Sequence record: MT764208.1
Length of the DNA stretch: 64,000 nt
Direction: 5' to 3' (one strand)
Source: Escherichia phage JEP8
Part shown: positions 36,228-46,213 of the stretch, one piece after another
How positions within the stretch are numbered: position 1 is the stretch's first letter
Layout: each line of letters begins with the position of its first letter
Notes under the pieces: model-generated
What the model saw: the letters and a program-made list of their open reading frames with translations, nothing else
Told to the model about the DNA's origin: nothing
Databases searched by the model: none
Position numbers and translations under genes: made by a program

Positions 36228-37201
36228 TATACGAACTCCAATTCAACCATTAATTGCATTAACAAAAAGACAATGTGAATCTCTTTATCAGCCGCGTGCG
36301 CAAACATCTGATTATTTTCACCGATGATCTCAGTGAGACGAATAATCGACGCTGGCTTAACTTGAGTATACAACTCATTATAAAGTTTCTTGACAAATTG
36401 AGCGTATGTATTGGTATATCGTGGCGCAAGTTTACGCACATTAGCAAACTGTTTAGTTTTAAGTGCTTCCACTACATCGGTTACTTCGGTATTGCTACTT
36501 TCGATAACCATACTCAATACACCAGCATCAATTTTACCGTGTTTTGCGTAACGGTCCAAAAGTTTCATTACGCGCCGGAAATCTGGGAAGTTCTGCTTAA
36601 CCAGTTCCGCCAATACGCGCATTTCTTCTACTGGAACACCTTCTTTATCAAGAATTGCTTTACACCGGACGATCATTTCTTTCATCATGCGAAGCTGGTC
36701 ATCTTTAGTCGGAGATCCAAACGTGATTGGATCAAATCGAGATCTCAACGCTGGGATAATACCTTCTAGATCGTTTGCTGTGATAATGAAGGTCACATTG
36801 TTTGAGTATGCCTCGGAGAAACTACGCAAGTGTCTTTGAGCATCAGCCAGCCCTGCTCGGTCATACTCATCGATAATAACAACTTTGCCTTTTTCTCGTT
36901 TTTCTTCATCGAGTGATACACTCTGCGCAAAGCGTGTAATCTCATCTCGGATAAAGTCAATCTTACAATCTGCGCCGTTAACAAACAGATAATCAACACC
37001 CACATCTTCACAAAGCGCCTTAGCAACGGTTGTTTTACCAGTACCCGGCGATGGGCTATGCAGAATCATTGAAGGGATTCGGCCTTGTTTAACGATCTGC
37101 GCGAAGATCTTTTTATCTGCTTCCGGCAGAATACATTCAGAAATTGATTTCGGACGGTATTTCTGTTCCCACTGAAACTCATTTTCATTAACACTCAGCA
37201 T
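36227..37201 (-). CDS. 44: clamp-loader ATPase gp44 (AAA+)
   Basis: EQKYRP, ECILP, ILHSPSPGTGKTTVAKALC Walker A, IIDE.DR Walker B; start at ATG after GAGAGGTGA. Confidence 0.9.
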   Translation of the reverse strand: MLSVNENEFQWEQKYRPKSISECILPEADKKIFAQIVKQGRIPSMILHSPSPGTGKTTVAKALCEDVGVDYLFVNGADCKIDFIRDEITRFAQSVSLDEEKREKGKVVIIDEYDRAGLADAQRHLRSFSEAYSNNVTFIITANDLEGIIPALRSRFDPITFGSPTKDDQLRMMKEMIVRCKAILDKEGVPVEEMRVLAELVKQNFPDFRRVMKLLDRYAKHGKIDAGVLSMVIESSNTEVTDVVEALKTKQFANVRKLAPRYTNTYAQFVKKLYNELYTQVKPASIIRLTEIIGENNQMFAHAADKEIHIVFLLMQLMVELEFV

Positions 37202-37228
37202 ATAATCACCTCTCACAAATTACATCAT

Positions 37229-37253
37229 TAAAAAGGGGAGTATAATACTCCCC
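37229..37253 (-). terminator. rho-independent terminator after gene 45: GGGGAGTA..TACTCCCC palindrome plus T-run
   Basis: Near-perfect 8 bp stem followed by TTTTT on the - strand. Confidence 0.5.
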
Positions 37254-37265
37254 ACAAACATTATA

Positions 37266-37952
37266 TTAGTCGGTGTAGCTGGAGTCAAGGTCACACGCGA
37301 TCATATAAGATACGGTTTCACTTGCCAGCCATACAGCCTTACGGCGAGTGAAGCTCAGTTTGTAATCACCGAAGTCAGTAGCAACCAGTTTCATGTTGTC
37401 TTTACGAATAAAGAAATGGAAGTCGGCGGTTCCGGTATATTCGCCCATGTCAAGACAAAACATCTCATTAGGATTGTTTTTGTCAATCTCTTCCCAGCCT
37501 TTGATCATCAGACGACCATCAATCGGTAGAAATTCAAGGCGGTCCACTTTAAGCTGATTGCTCATTTTCATAAGCTGTTTCAGATCGTCGTTGCTCAATT
37601 CGTAATCTACATCGCTTGCAGGTGGAGTAACTCGGCCTTTCGGTGATACGATAGCGGCAGCACTAGCACCAGGATAGTTAATTTTCAGTCGATCGTTAGA
37701 CACACGAATGTTTCCAGTGCGGTTATCAACCGTAATATCTGCTTCATCGCCTACCAGATTCAGAATACCCAAGAAAGAGTTAAGATCGTAAATCCCAATT
37801 TCGTGTTCCAGTTCTTGATTCAGAGTCGCTTCACCATATACAACGTTTGTCATGTTTTTGGTGATCAGCACATTTCCTTTTTTCAGGATGATACCTGGGT
37901 TAATAGCGGAAAAGTTTTTCAGGGTAGCAATGGTTTCTTTAGTCAGTTTCAT
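37266..37952 (-). CDS. 45: sliding clamp gp45 (228 aa)
   Basis: Same length as T4 gp45; N-terminus MKLTKETIATLKNF resembles MKLSKDTTALLKNF; IYDLN.FLGIL.LV. Confidence 0.85.
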   Translation of the reverse strand: MKLTKETIATLKNFSAINPGIILKKGNVLITKNMTNVVYGEATLNQELEHEIGIYDLNSFLGILNLVGDEADITVDNRTGNIRVSNDRLKINYPGASAAAIVSPKGRVTPPASDVDYELSNDDLKQLMKMSNQLKVDRLEFLPIDGRLMIKGWEEIDKNNPNEMFCLDMGEYTGTADFHFFIRKDNMKLVATDFGDYKLSFTRRKAVWLASETVSYMIACDLDSSYTD

Positions 37953-37982
37953 CAAATCACCTTTATCATGTTAATCAATTAA

Positions 37983-38360
37983 TTACGGGTTCACTTCGTG
38001 CTCATTTTGAATCTTTAGCATTCTTTCGATAAATTTTTTCTCGGCTTCCTTATCGGATGAGTGAGTATACTTCAATCCAATGTAAGCTGTCAAGTATTGT
38101 TGCAGAGCATAGACAGTAACAGGATTCTTTGCGGTCTTTTTTCCGTCGAGATATACCAGATCACCACGAACATCAAACGCAAGTTTACGACGAATCACAT
38201 CATCAACAAATTTATCTAGGACAAAATACCACTCAATACACTCTATCCCGTGACGGTAGTTCATTACATCATTATCTTTGATATAATCAAACGGAATATG
38301 ACATAATTTACTATTTTGTAGGATGAATAGCATTTGTTCTTTTAAGCTCATACGTTTCAT
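37983..38360 (-). CDS. hypothetical protein (125 aa), positional counterpart of T4 rpbA
   Basis: Trimmed to ATG just after upstream stop. Confidence 0.45.
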   Translation of the reverse strand: MKRMSLKEQMLFILQNSKLCHIPFDYIKDNDVMNYRHGIECIEWYFVLDKFVDDVIRRKLAFDVRGDLVYLDGKKTAKNPVTVYALQQYLTAYIGLKYTHSSDKEAEKKFIERMLKIQNEHEVNP

Positions 38361-38364
38361 TCTA

Positions 38365-38742
38365 TCACTTCCCATCAGCAATTGCGATCAGACGAGTTAC
38401 TACTACGCTAGCGGCTTCAATCAGCAGTTCATCAGTGTCAATCTGATAACTTTTTTCGAGAATATCTTTACCTCGAATAGTTTTAGCGCCTTTAGCAATT
38501 GAATCATCGTAATACTTGCGCATTGCAGCGATCCATTCTTTTTGCACCATATCATCAATATGCGCGTACAGTTCAAAGCGTGCTTGCTGCGGGATAACCT
38601 TCATTTTAGCTTTCTCGCTTTCTGGCATTTGTAGTACCCACGCTTTACGGATCTTGTTCATTGCTCGGTCAAATTCGAGACTGGTTTTCTTGTTCTGAAT
38701 GTCTGCTACAGTAATTTTAGCCAGGTTTGCGGAAGTAGTCAT
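38365..38742 (-). CDS. hypothetical protein (125 aa)
   Basis: Trimmed to ATG after GGAGA. Confidence 0.5.
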   Translation of the reverse strand: MTTSANLAKITVADIQNKKTSLEFDRAMNKIRKAWVLQMPESEKAKMKVIPQQARFELYAHIDDMVQKEWIAAMRKYYDDSIAKGAKTIRGKDILEKSYQIDTDELLIEAASVVVTRLIAIADGK

Positions 38743-38772
38743 AATATTAATCTCCAAAATAAAATCAGTATA

Positions 38773-39003
38773 TCACGTTCTAAAGTTTGTTGCAACCCCA
38801 GCATCAGGGTAATCAAGTTTATCAAATTTGGGGACCAGCATAAACTCATGATGACGACAAGACAACATTTTTGTTATGTCTTCATCGCTGTATATGCTGT
38901 TTTTCATATCCCCCATACTAACTACATATTCTTCACCGGAATATAGATTGATTAATGTATACAATTCTAACTCCGGCTGCGTTACTCTGTCAAATGTTAA
39001 CAT
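38773..39003 (-). CDS. hypothetical protein (76 aa)
   Basis: ATG overlaps the gp46 3-prime end. Confidence 0.45.
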   Translation of the reverse strand: MLTFDRVTQPELELYTLINLYSGEEYVVSMGDMKNSIYSDEDITKMLSCRHHEFMLVPKFDKLDYPDAGVATNFRT

Positions 39004-40672
39004 TCATTTCAGTGAATCGCCCACGTTTAACCATCTTGAGATGACGGCTAAAATCATCAGGGTTATGGTCACGATGGCTGATAATATACACGTTATCATC
39101 TAACTTGTCAATGATGGAATCAAGTGCTTTTACGCCTTGAACGTCAGTAGCCCCATCATAGATTTCATCGAGTACCAACAAAGAAATATTAGTACCAGAT
39201 ACTTTACCAGCAACATCACGCCATGTAAAGAGCATCGCAAGATCAATACGTGCTTTTTCGCCTTGACTGAATGATGTATACGAAAACGATTCACGCCCCC
39301 GTGATTTGATTGTTTCGTTAAACTCTTCATCTAACGTAAAGATATAATCCGCTTCCATGATCTCCAGATAATAAGCAATTCGATCATTGAAATATGGAAT
39401 ATATTTCTTGACGATAGACGCCTTAACACCGGAATCCTTCAACATTTCTGTTACAAATCCGCGATGATATTTTTCAAGAACTAGTTTTGATTTTTCATTG
39501 GTAATCTCTACCAGTTCGTGTTCCAGTTTAGCAAGTTCTTCGGAATTGTCAACCCTTTCTTTTTGTAATTCCTGAATTGCTTTCTGGATCTGTTTAGCCC
39601 GACCTACAGATGCCGTTAAATTAGCTCTCTGTGACTCTATAGCGCGTTTAATTTCCAAGACCTTAGTTTGTGCTGTCTGGAAAGAATTGGCTTTCTCTGC
39701 GTATTCTACGCGCTTCTCGTCAATCAGAGACAGCTTATGTTCTGCTTGTGCTTTTTGCTCGCGCACCGCTTGATCATTACCCTGAATGATCGGTTGTGTA
39801 CACGTAGGACAGACACCGCCTTTCTCGTGCATATGGATAACACGATCAAAGTTCTGGATCTGTGCCCCAATCTGTGCGATAGCCGTATTAATTTTAGCCA
39901 ATGCCGCGCTGGGATCTTCCGGCATAACAACAGCCAATAGCTCATCGGTCAAGCGAGTTTCTTCGGCTTTAAATGCTTTAGCCGATTCCACCTCTTTATC
40001 ATACATATTCTGTAAACGCTGGAGATTCTCGGCACTCGCCTTGCTAGCGTCTTCTATGTACTTTTTATGAGTGTTGATTTGTTGCTGAACGTGATTAGCT
40101 TTCATTTCCTGCATTTGGATATTCTGGGTAATCTCGCGCACATACGCTTTATTCAGTTTATCCATTTCGCCTAGCGTAGCAATATCAAGCAAATCCTCGA
40201 CCAGCTTACGGCGACCCGCTGCCGGAAGACTCATAAACGGAACATAACCCGCAGTGCCTAAAACAACAATCTGCTTAAAGCTGGCTAGGTTCATGCCTAT
40301 GATACCTTCAAAATATTCCTGAAAGTCTTTGGTGCTTGCGCTCTCATCGATCTTTTGACCGTCGCGATGCACTTCGAATACTTCCGGCTTTTGTCCACGT
40401 TTAATATAAAATTCTTTCCCGTCCAGTTCAAACCAGACTTCGACTAACAGTTTCTTTTTGTTGACGCTGTTAATCAATTGGCCTTTCTTGATACTACGAA
40501 ACGGTTTACCAAACAATACAAAGCAAAGCGCCTCGATCATTGTTGATTTACCAGCACCGTTAACACCAGTGATCAGTGTCTTTTTGAATCCGTCTAGCTG
40601 AATCTCAACAGGTTCAGCACCCACGCTCATTATATTTTGATAGCGCAAGGTTTTAAAATTTAACTTTGCCAT
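38990..40672 (-). CDS. 46: recombination endonuclease subunit gp46 (Rad50/SbcC-like ATPase, 560 aa)
   Basis: KYKNIMSVG-like N-terminus, Walker A GVNGAGKST, LVEDLL, C-terminal ETIKSRGRE.FSY.SFSQGEKARIDLA; length equals T4 gp46. Confidence 0.9.
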   Translation of the reverse strand: MAKLNFKTLRYQNIMSVGAEPVEIQLDGFKKTLITGVNGAGKSTMIEALCFVLFGKPFRSIKKGQLINSVNKKKLLVEVWFELDGKEFYIKRGQKPEVFEVHRDGQKIDESASTKDFQEYFEGIIGMNLASFKQIVVLGTAGYVPFMSLPAAGRRKLVEDLLDIATLGEMDKLNKAYVREITQNIQMQEMKANHVQQQINTHKKYIEDASKASAENLQRLQNMYDKEVESAKAFKAEETRLTDELLAVVMPEDPSAALAKINTAIAQIGAQIQNFDRVIHMHEKGGVCPTCTQPIIQGNDQAVREQKAQAEHKLSLIDEKRVEYAEKANSFQTAQTKVLEIKRAIESQRANLTASVGRAKQIQKAIQELQKERVDNSEELAKLEHELVEITNEKSKLVLEKYHRGFVTEMLKDSGVKASIVKKYIPYFNDRIAYYLEIMEADYIFTLDEEFNETIKSRGRESFSYTSFSQGEKARIDLAMLFTWRDVAGKVSGTNISLLVLDEIYDGATDVQGVKALDSIIDKLDDNVYIISHRDHNPDDFSRHLKMVKRGRFTEMNVNI

Positions 40673-40916
40673 TAAGCCACTCCGCAATCACACATTCCAT
40701 AATATTAAATGCTAACACATCTTCATCAATGTTGTAAACACTTGCAGCCTTCACTTTAACTAGTGTGTCTCTGCGATCTGGCAACATGATCACATAATCC
40801 AGTGTCGCCGGATCATATGTCATAAAGGGATCAATGTAAATCCCTTTATTCAATGCCAGATATTCGCGAAGACCTTCTATAACCCTGTGTCTAAGGTAGG
40901 TCATCGATAGAATCAT
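40653..40916 (-). CDS. hypothetical protein (87 aa)
   Basis: ORF track; overlaps gp46 start. Confidence 0.45.
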   Translation of the reverse strand: MILSMTYLRHRVIEGLREYLALNKGIYIDPFMTYDPATLDYVIMLPDRRDTLVKVKAASVYNIDEDVLAFNIMECVIAEWLNGKVKF

Positions 40917-41485
40917 TTTAGTTTATGTTCCTCTAAAAATTCTTCAATTTCACCTTGCAGGTCTTCCGCTTGCTGTTCCAGAATATCGCGAAATTCACCT
41001 ACAGTCAAGCGGTGATCACATTTCACCAGTCTATGCGGGAGAATATACCCCTTGTACATTGTCTCTGACGCTTCCAGGAATACCCCGCTATGCATGACAG
41101 AGATCCAACCTGTTAGAGTCAATGGAGTATTCGGAAAATAATATTTGCTGGATTGTTTCCACTGGACGAAAGCACCATATACAATCGGATTATATTCACC
41201 AACCACACTCTTAATAATAGCTTCTACTTTGTCTTTTACAAATACGCCCATATCCATATTGATCATCAATTCTTGTGGATGTATCACTTTAAGATAACGA
41301 TGATAACCATCATCATAATACAGCTTAACCACTGGCTGACCCCACGTAGATGAAATATTCGCTTTCAGATAACCATAAATCGGATTCTTGTAATGTGATT
41401 GTTTTATCGTGTAGTTATGCAACAGCGTAATAAAATGTTGCATTACCAATTTATCTGGATCAGCCGCGACCATAGTCGTATTCAT
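40913..41485 (-). CDS. hypothetical protein (190 aa)
   Basis: Trimmed to ATG after AAGGGGGA. Confidence 0.5.
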   Translation of the reverse strand: MNTTMVAADPDKLVMQHFITLLHNYTIKQSHYKNPIYGYLKANISSTWGQPVVKLYYDDGYHRYLKVIHPQELMINMDMGVFVKDKVEAIIKSVVGEYNPIVYGAFVQWKQSSKYYFPNTPLTLTGWISVMHSGVFLEASETMYKGYILPHRLVKCDHRLTVGEFRDILEQQAEDLQGEIEEFLEEHKLK

Positions 41486-41777
41486 AATATGTTCCCCCTT
41501 CAATCTCATATTGTTTCAGGTCTTCTAAAAGTTCATCCATTGCTTGTTTCAGCACATGACGCAGCGTAAAGTAATAGCTTTCATCAAATTCTATTTCATC
41601 GCGAGGAATAGAGCGAAACTTACACTTAACGGTAGTGTCAGTGAGTCGCTTTTCGAGCATCATCCGAACTTCTTCATGCTCTTTGGAATACCATACATCA
41701 ACGGAGATCCCCTTACGGCGAGCAAACATAGGCAACGCTGCATTAAATTCCATTACTTTTTGTGCAAGTGTTTTCAT
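41460..41777 (-). CDS. hypothetical protein (105 aa)
   Basis: GGAG Shine-Dalgarno; ATGA overlap with upstream stop. Confidence 0.5.
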   Translation of the reverse strand: MKTLAQKVMEFNAALPMFARRKGISVDVWYSKEHEEVRMMLEKRLTDTTVKCKFRSIPRDEIEFDESYYFTLRHVLKQAMDELLEDLKQYEIEGGTYYEYDYGRG

Positions 41778-42025
41778 CGTACAGACTCCATAGACCCACG
41801 AGCAATAACATTCTGGGTAATATCAGCAACCTTACGGGATACGATGGTTGCTAGTTCCAGTCTAGTGATATTGTCTCGGTCGAAAGGAATTTCATCATGT
41901 GTCCACATCCCGTAATTAGAACGGAAGGATAGCATATGTTGACCATTCCGAACAACCTCAAAAACTCGGATCTTAGTAAACTTCTCTAAACTTGCGTTAA
42001 ATTCTTTCAGTGTGTCGGTAATCAT
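41774..42025 (-). CDS. hypothetical protein (83 aa)
   Basis: GGGAGGT Shine-Dalgarno. Confidence 0.5.
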   Translation of the reverse strand: MITDTLKEFNASLEKFTKIRVFEVVRNGQHMLSFRSNYGMWTHDEIPFDRDNITRLELATIVSRKVADITQNVIARGSMESVR

Positions 42026-42051
42026 AATAACCTCCCATCAATTTTTTAGAG

Positions 42052-42080
42052 AGTATAACGGGGATTTCTCCCCGCGTCAA
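42052..42080 (-). promoter_or_regulatory. sigma70-like early promoter (-35 TTGACG, -10 TATACT) with GGGGA/TCCCC hairpin in spacer
   Basis: 17 nt spacer; immediately after gp47 stop. Confidence 0.45.
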
Positions 42081-43106
42081 CTAACTTTTTGCGCTATTTA
42101 CTTCGGCTAAAAGCTCATCGGAGATACGCTTAACTGCCGCAAGTTCTTCCGGTTCTAGGTTTTGTTCTTCCAGATATTCATAGACCATCTGAATAGTGCT
42201 TTTAACTTCAATAACACCTGTTTCCTGTGATGCGCTACTCTCCAGCTTATGGACCACTTTTAGCTTGTGTACAACGGCCTCTAACGCGCTTTCTAACTTA
42301 GTTAACCCATTATCAGCGACCGTTGCAATTAGGCGCACACTAAGCCCTTTAAAGCGTTCTACATCGATTTTATCATCTGACGGGTAAGTGATACGCACAT
42401 GATAAGTTTTGTCATTCTGGATAAACTCCTTTTTGTGTGTATCTGTATCGAATACCCAAAAACCACGCGGATCATTTTCGTCGCCAGCCGTTAGTGTGTA
42501 TGGTGTACCGATATACGTTACGTTACCGCCATCACTGATAGTATGAAAGTGACCGGAAAACACTTCACGGTATTTCTTGAGGAAGTCCGCGCTATAACCT
42601 TCGGATTTTAACCCTTTATAGAAATAGTAGCCGGACAATTCCCAATGGCCTACACAATATTCGCTGAATGAATTTTGAATAAACTCTAAAACCTCGGATT
42701 TATTGTCATCACAAAACCACGGGAACAGGTCGAATGATACCCCATCAAAGGTAACTGTTTCCGGCTTATCAATAACCTTAATGCAATCATACTGGCTTAA
42801 CACTTCGCGCGGTGCGTTAGGCTGGATCTTATTGCGTTTAAACATATCATGATTCCCGACCGTGATATAACAGGTGATTCCTGCCTCTTCCAGTAATGGG
42901 ATGACCTTAGTACGGTTAAATTTCATGGTTTCATGTGTGATAGCCTTGCGACAATCAAACCAATCCCCTGTTTGAATCCATATCTTAATACCATTTTCTT
43001 TAGAATAATCAACAGCTTTCTTGATCGTGTCTAAAATATACTCATGCACCCACGGATCATCGCCACCGATACCAGTATGCAGATCACCCAAAAGCAAAAT
43101 TTTCAT
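42081..43106 (-). CDS. 47: recombination endonuclease subunit gp47 (Mre11/SbcD-like nuclease)
   Basis: MKILLLGDLH phosphoesterase motif I, GNHD motif; 341 aa vs 339 in T4. Confidence 0.9.
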   Translation of the reverse strand: MKILLLGDLHTGIGGDDPWVHEYILDTIKKAVDYSKENGIKIWIQTGDWFDCRKAITHETMKFNRTKVIPLLEEAGITCYITVGNHDMFKRNKIQPNAPREVLSQYDCIKVIDKPETVTFDGVSFDLFPWFCDDNKSEVLEFIQNSFSEYCVGHWELSGYYFYKGLKSEGYSADFLKKYREVFSGHFHTISDGGNVTYIGTPYTLTAGDENDPRGFWVFDTDTHKKEFIQNDKTYHVRITYPSDDKIDVERFKGLSVRLIATVADNGLTKLESALEAVVHKLKVVHKLESSASQETGVIEVKSTIQMVYEYLEEQNLEPEELAAVKRISDELLAEVNSAKS

Positions 43107-43196
43107 AGTCTCTTCCTCTCTTCGTTTTCGATGCTCTCACTATATCATAGAAAAATAAAAAGGGAAACCCCTTTCGGAGTCTCCCTTATAAAGCCA

Positions 43197-43484
43197 TTAC
43201 AGCATACTTAATACCGTTTGCCGTGTACTAATCCACATAGCAGAAAGCAGTTCTGGCGTGTGTGGCTGTTTGTAGATATCACGTAACTTTCCGATAGCGT
43301 AGATATACGCATCACGGTTATCATCGATGATAGCTTGTTCAGCCCACCGCTTAAGGCGTGCAATCTCTCGCGAGTTCTTACGCAAGATCTTTTCCGCTTT
43401 CTTAGCGGCTTTAGCCTCTAGTTCTGCTTGTACTTTGTCTACTTCATTCACTGCAATCTTGTCATGCTGTTCATCGTAAGTCAT
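43197..43484 (-). CDS. hypothetical protein (95 aa)
   Basis: AGAGGT Shine-Dalgarno. Confidence 0.5.
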   Translation of the reverse strand: MTYDEQHDKIAVNEVDKVQAELEAKAAKKAEKILRKNSREIARLKRWAEQAIIDDNRDAYIYAIGKLRDIYKQPHTPELLSAMWISTRQTVLSML

Positions 43485-43485
43485 G

Positions 43486-43719
43486 TTATTTTACCTCTGG
43501 GATATAATCAATTATTAAAGAAAATTCATCTTCTGATACATTATAGCTATGTGAGATTGTACCCGTCAAGACCTCAAGATCCGGTGATTTGATATTGCAC
43601 GGATCGATAATCACCGGAACGCCGCAATCTCTCAAAAATAATTTGGCGAAATACGGCACGAGGTCAGTTTCAAACTCTGCTTCTTCCAGCAAACGGGAAA
43701 TGTTAATTTTCAATCTCAT
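43486..43719 (-). CDS. hypothetical protein (77 aa)
   Basis: ORF track; overlaps gp55 3-prime end. Confidence 0.4.
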   Translation of the reverse strand: MRLKINISRLLEEAEFETDLVPYFAKLFLRDCGVPVIIDPCNIKSPDLEVLTGTISHSYNVSEDEFSLIIDYIPEVK

Positions 43720-44236
43720 AAAATTGGTCCAGGCTAGGCAATTCCTCAGTCAATACATCTTCAACCTTTGGCGCTTTCGGTTTATTGACCGATTCCTCGT
43801 AGTTGTTGATTTTATCGTAAATGTCCTGTATGAATGCCTCATCAGCAATCTGGCACATATCAGCGTCGCGTTCGTCATATACATGATGCACAAAATATTT
43901 GTATTTTGCGGCTGTCGCTGTTCTCTCTTTTTTAATGCGCTGTACAAAAGCATTAAAGCACGCTTGCGTGATGTAAGCATGAGGATTTTTATACTTTGTC
44001 TCGTCAAAATTAATCAAACCCTTGACCGCCGCTTCGATTCCGTCGTCGATCATTTCTTCGCGCCATGTTTGACTATAACCAGAAAAGTTAAAACGACGTG
44101 ATAGATTTTTAGAGATTTGCATAATTGCTAGGCCGATTTGATCGCTCATTGGAACTTGCCGACCTTCTGCTGCAATTTGTTGTTTCCAACGGCAAATTTC
44201 TTCGTAAAGCTCTTTATTGTTTACATAATCAGACAC
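43703..44236 (-). CDS. 55: late sigma factor gp55 (GTG start)
   Basis: [64 protein letters not shown]...YEES match recalled T4 gp55. Confidence 0.85.
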   Translation of the reverse strand: MSDYVNNKELYEEICRWKQQIAAEGRQVPMSDQIGLAIMQISKNLSRRFNFSGYSQTWREEMIDDGIEAAVKGLINFDETKYKNPHAYITQACFNAFVQRIKKERTATAAKYKYFVHHVYDERDADMCQIADEAFIQDIYDKINNYEESVNKPKAPKVEDVLTEELPSLDQFYEIEN

Positions 44237-44276
44237 TTCGCACCCTCGCTATTATTTAGGAAATAACCCTTTCGGG

Positions 44277-45746
44277 CTATTCCCCATTACCATTATACTT
44301 TCTTTGCTTAGTTATCCACACTCTAACCATCTCTACTGATTCACCGTCAGACGGATCAAGAGTTTTTCCTTTTTTCTTCATGCGATACTTAAATCCGTTA
44401 AATCTTGCATTCTCTTGCTCGTTAAAGTCGAACATCTTTTTAAATGATTTTCTCCCTTTACGCTCACCACATTCTAGCGGAATCATTCGGTCTGTTATTA
44501 CATTGGCATTAGGTAGAAACGTTTTTAGATAATCCACCAACGCCCAATCAGGAACATATAGATTAACATTCTCCTTGCTCTCGTTGTCTCTCAGGTTACA
44601 ACGCAAACATAATTGAAATGCTGGTTCCAGATAATCAGACACATGACGCGCTTTCAAAAACTCGTTTGTCGGGAGATCACAACTATTAGCAAGACCTTTT
44701 AAAATATCAATCTCCCATCGTTGAGGGTTAAAGCTGAACATCACAGCAACATTTTTATGATGAATGTAAGAGTTAAGACCATAAGATCCGTAAGGTATCC
44801 GCTCACCAATACCATTTGTGCACGCTTCACGGTCCCGATTCACGGTATAAATGAAGTCATCGCCACATTCATTTTTAACCATATCAACAAGACGTTCAAA
44901 GGTATTGTTTGTTTCTGACTGGTGACGCGACCAGCGTTCGGAGTCAGTCATAAGGATGATGTTAACTCTATCTGTATTTTTATACTCTTTGAAATATAGT
45001 CTGGATTCTAGCGCACTCGGAACAAAATCGCAATTTGCATAGTATCGTAGATACTTCCCACTATATGTATCAAAGAGATTTGCACATGCTATCGTAACCT
45101 TTTTAAAGTCTCCCCACGTACCGTGTTTGTTATCGTTCAAGAAAACAATTTTCGACCCATTCTTCCGGTGTCCTTCGTTATGTTTTACCATAACGTTGAT
45201 TTTCTTCTCTAATAACGCCTCATAAAGCCCTCTAAGAGAAGAATCGATCATATCAGTACCATCCTTTGCACTTTCTATCTTTTCTTTGATAGCGGCCTTC
45301 TCAGAGTCTTTTAGAACTAAGTTCTGTAGGCATTCCGATTCGTCGGCGATTGGTTCGCAATGCTTCGTGATAAGTTCAAGATTAGACTTAAACGGATACT
45401 CATTAAATTCAACCAGTTGAGGAACTTCATCAATGTAAAGAGCATATTCACCAAACATTTTTGAACGTTCCATATTAGATAACGCTGTATGTGTAATGAA
45501 TATCACATCAGCACCGTCTTTAACTGATTGCATTATCGACGCTTGCACTGTCTTAAGGCTTCTTAGTCTTGTGCTATCGATCAAGACAGCACGACCGCCC
45601 ATTCTTTTAAACTTATTGTAAGATTGTTCACTTAAAACACGAGATGGCGAAGCAATAACCGCTTTTTCTTTTGTCTCTAGGACGTGGGAAAGTATAGCAT
45701 CAGTTTTCCCCGCCGCTGGCAATGCGATTAATGTTTCAATCTTCAT
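44277..45746 (-). CDS. P-loop NTPase with SF2-helicase-like motifs, function unknown (489 aa)
   Basis: ALPAAGKT (motif I), SPSRVL (Ia-like), YIDEV (motif II) in N-terminal 110 aa; remainder unrecognised. Confidence 0.55.
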   Translation of the reverse strand: MKIETLIALPAAGKTDAILSHVLETKEKAVIASPSRVLSEQSYNKFKRMGGRAVLIDSTRLRSLKTVQASIMQSVKDGADVIFITHTALSNMERSKMFGEYALYIDEVPQLVEFNEYPFKSNLELITKHCEPIADESECLQNLVLKDSEKAAIKEKIESAKDGTDMIDSSLRGLYEALLEKKINVMVKHNEGHRKNGSKIVFLNDNKHGTWGDFKKVTIACANLFDTYSGKYLRYYANCDFVPSALESRLYFKEYKNTDRVNIILMTDSERWSRHQSETNNTFERLVDMVKNECGDDFIYTVNRDREACTNGIGERIPYGSYGLNSYIHHKNVAVMFSFNPQRWEIDILKGLANSCDLPTNEFLKARHVSDYLEPAFQLCLRCNLRDNESKENVNLYVPDWALVDYLKTFLPNANVITDRMIPLECGERKGRKSFKKMFDFNEQENARFNGFKYRMKKKGKTLDPSDGESVEMVRVWITKQRKYNGNGE

Positions 45747-46033
45747 TAGAAACCCTTACGTCGTGCTTTCTGGCATTTCTTGATCATTTTATCAGAAATT
45801 TCGCGCTTAGGTGCAAGCTCTTTCACACCGAAAGCACTAATGCCAAATTCAGAGAGAATATATTCAACCAACAATTCACGCACACGCGCTTTACCGATAT
45901 TCACGCCGTTATTTTTCAGATATGTCTGGCCTTCGACTTGCATCAGATCTAAATCAGCGTCGGTAATATTGATTTCTTCCATGCGCCCAAATCGAGAGTA
46001 AACCATGTGTGCGATTGCATTGTGTACTAACAT
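45746..46033 (-). CDS. hypothetical protein (95 aa), translationally coupled to the NTPase gene
   Basis: Trimmed to ATG after GAGGAA; stop overlaps NTPase ATG (TAATG). Confidence 0.5.
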   Translation of the reverse strand: MLVHNAIAHMVYSRFGRMEEINITDADLDLMQVEGQTYLKNNGVNIGKARVRELLVEYILSEFGISAFGVKELAPKREISDKMIKKCQKARRKGF

Positions 46034-46054
46034 AATATATTCCTCACTCAAGAA

Positions 46055-46213
46055 TTACTTAATGATACTTACTTTACCAGATCCATGACAATGAGCGCAA
46101 CACCCATCACCACGTAATCCTGTTCCGTTACAGTGTTTACACTTCTTCAACGGTAAAGTCATTATAGCAAATAAAGCAATAATGAACACCGAAACTAAAT
46201 TCTCAATAATCAT
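46055..46213 (-). CDS. small membrane-anchored DnaJ-type zinc-finger protein (52 aa)
   Basis: GAGGG Shine-Dalgarno; hydrophobic N-terminus then CKHCNGTG and CAHCHGSG (CxxCxGxG repeats); not in ORF track. Confidence 0.45.
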   Translation of the reverse strand: MIIENLVSVFIIALFAIMTLPLKKCKHCNGTGLRGDGCCAHCHGSGKVSIIK

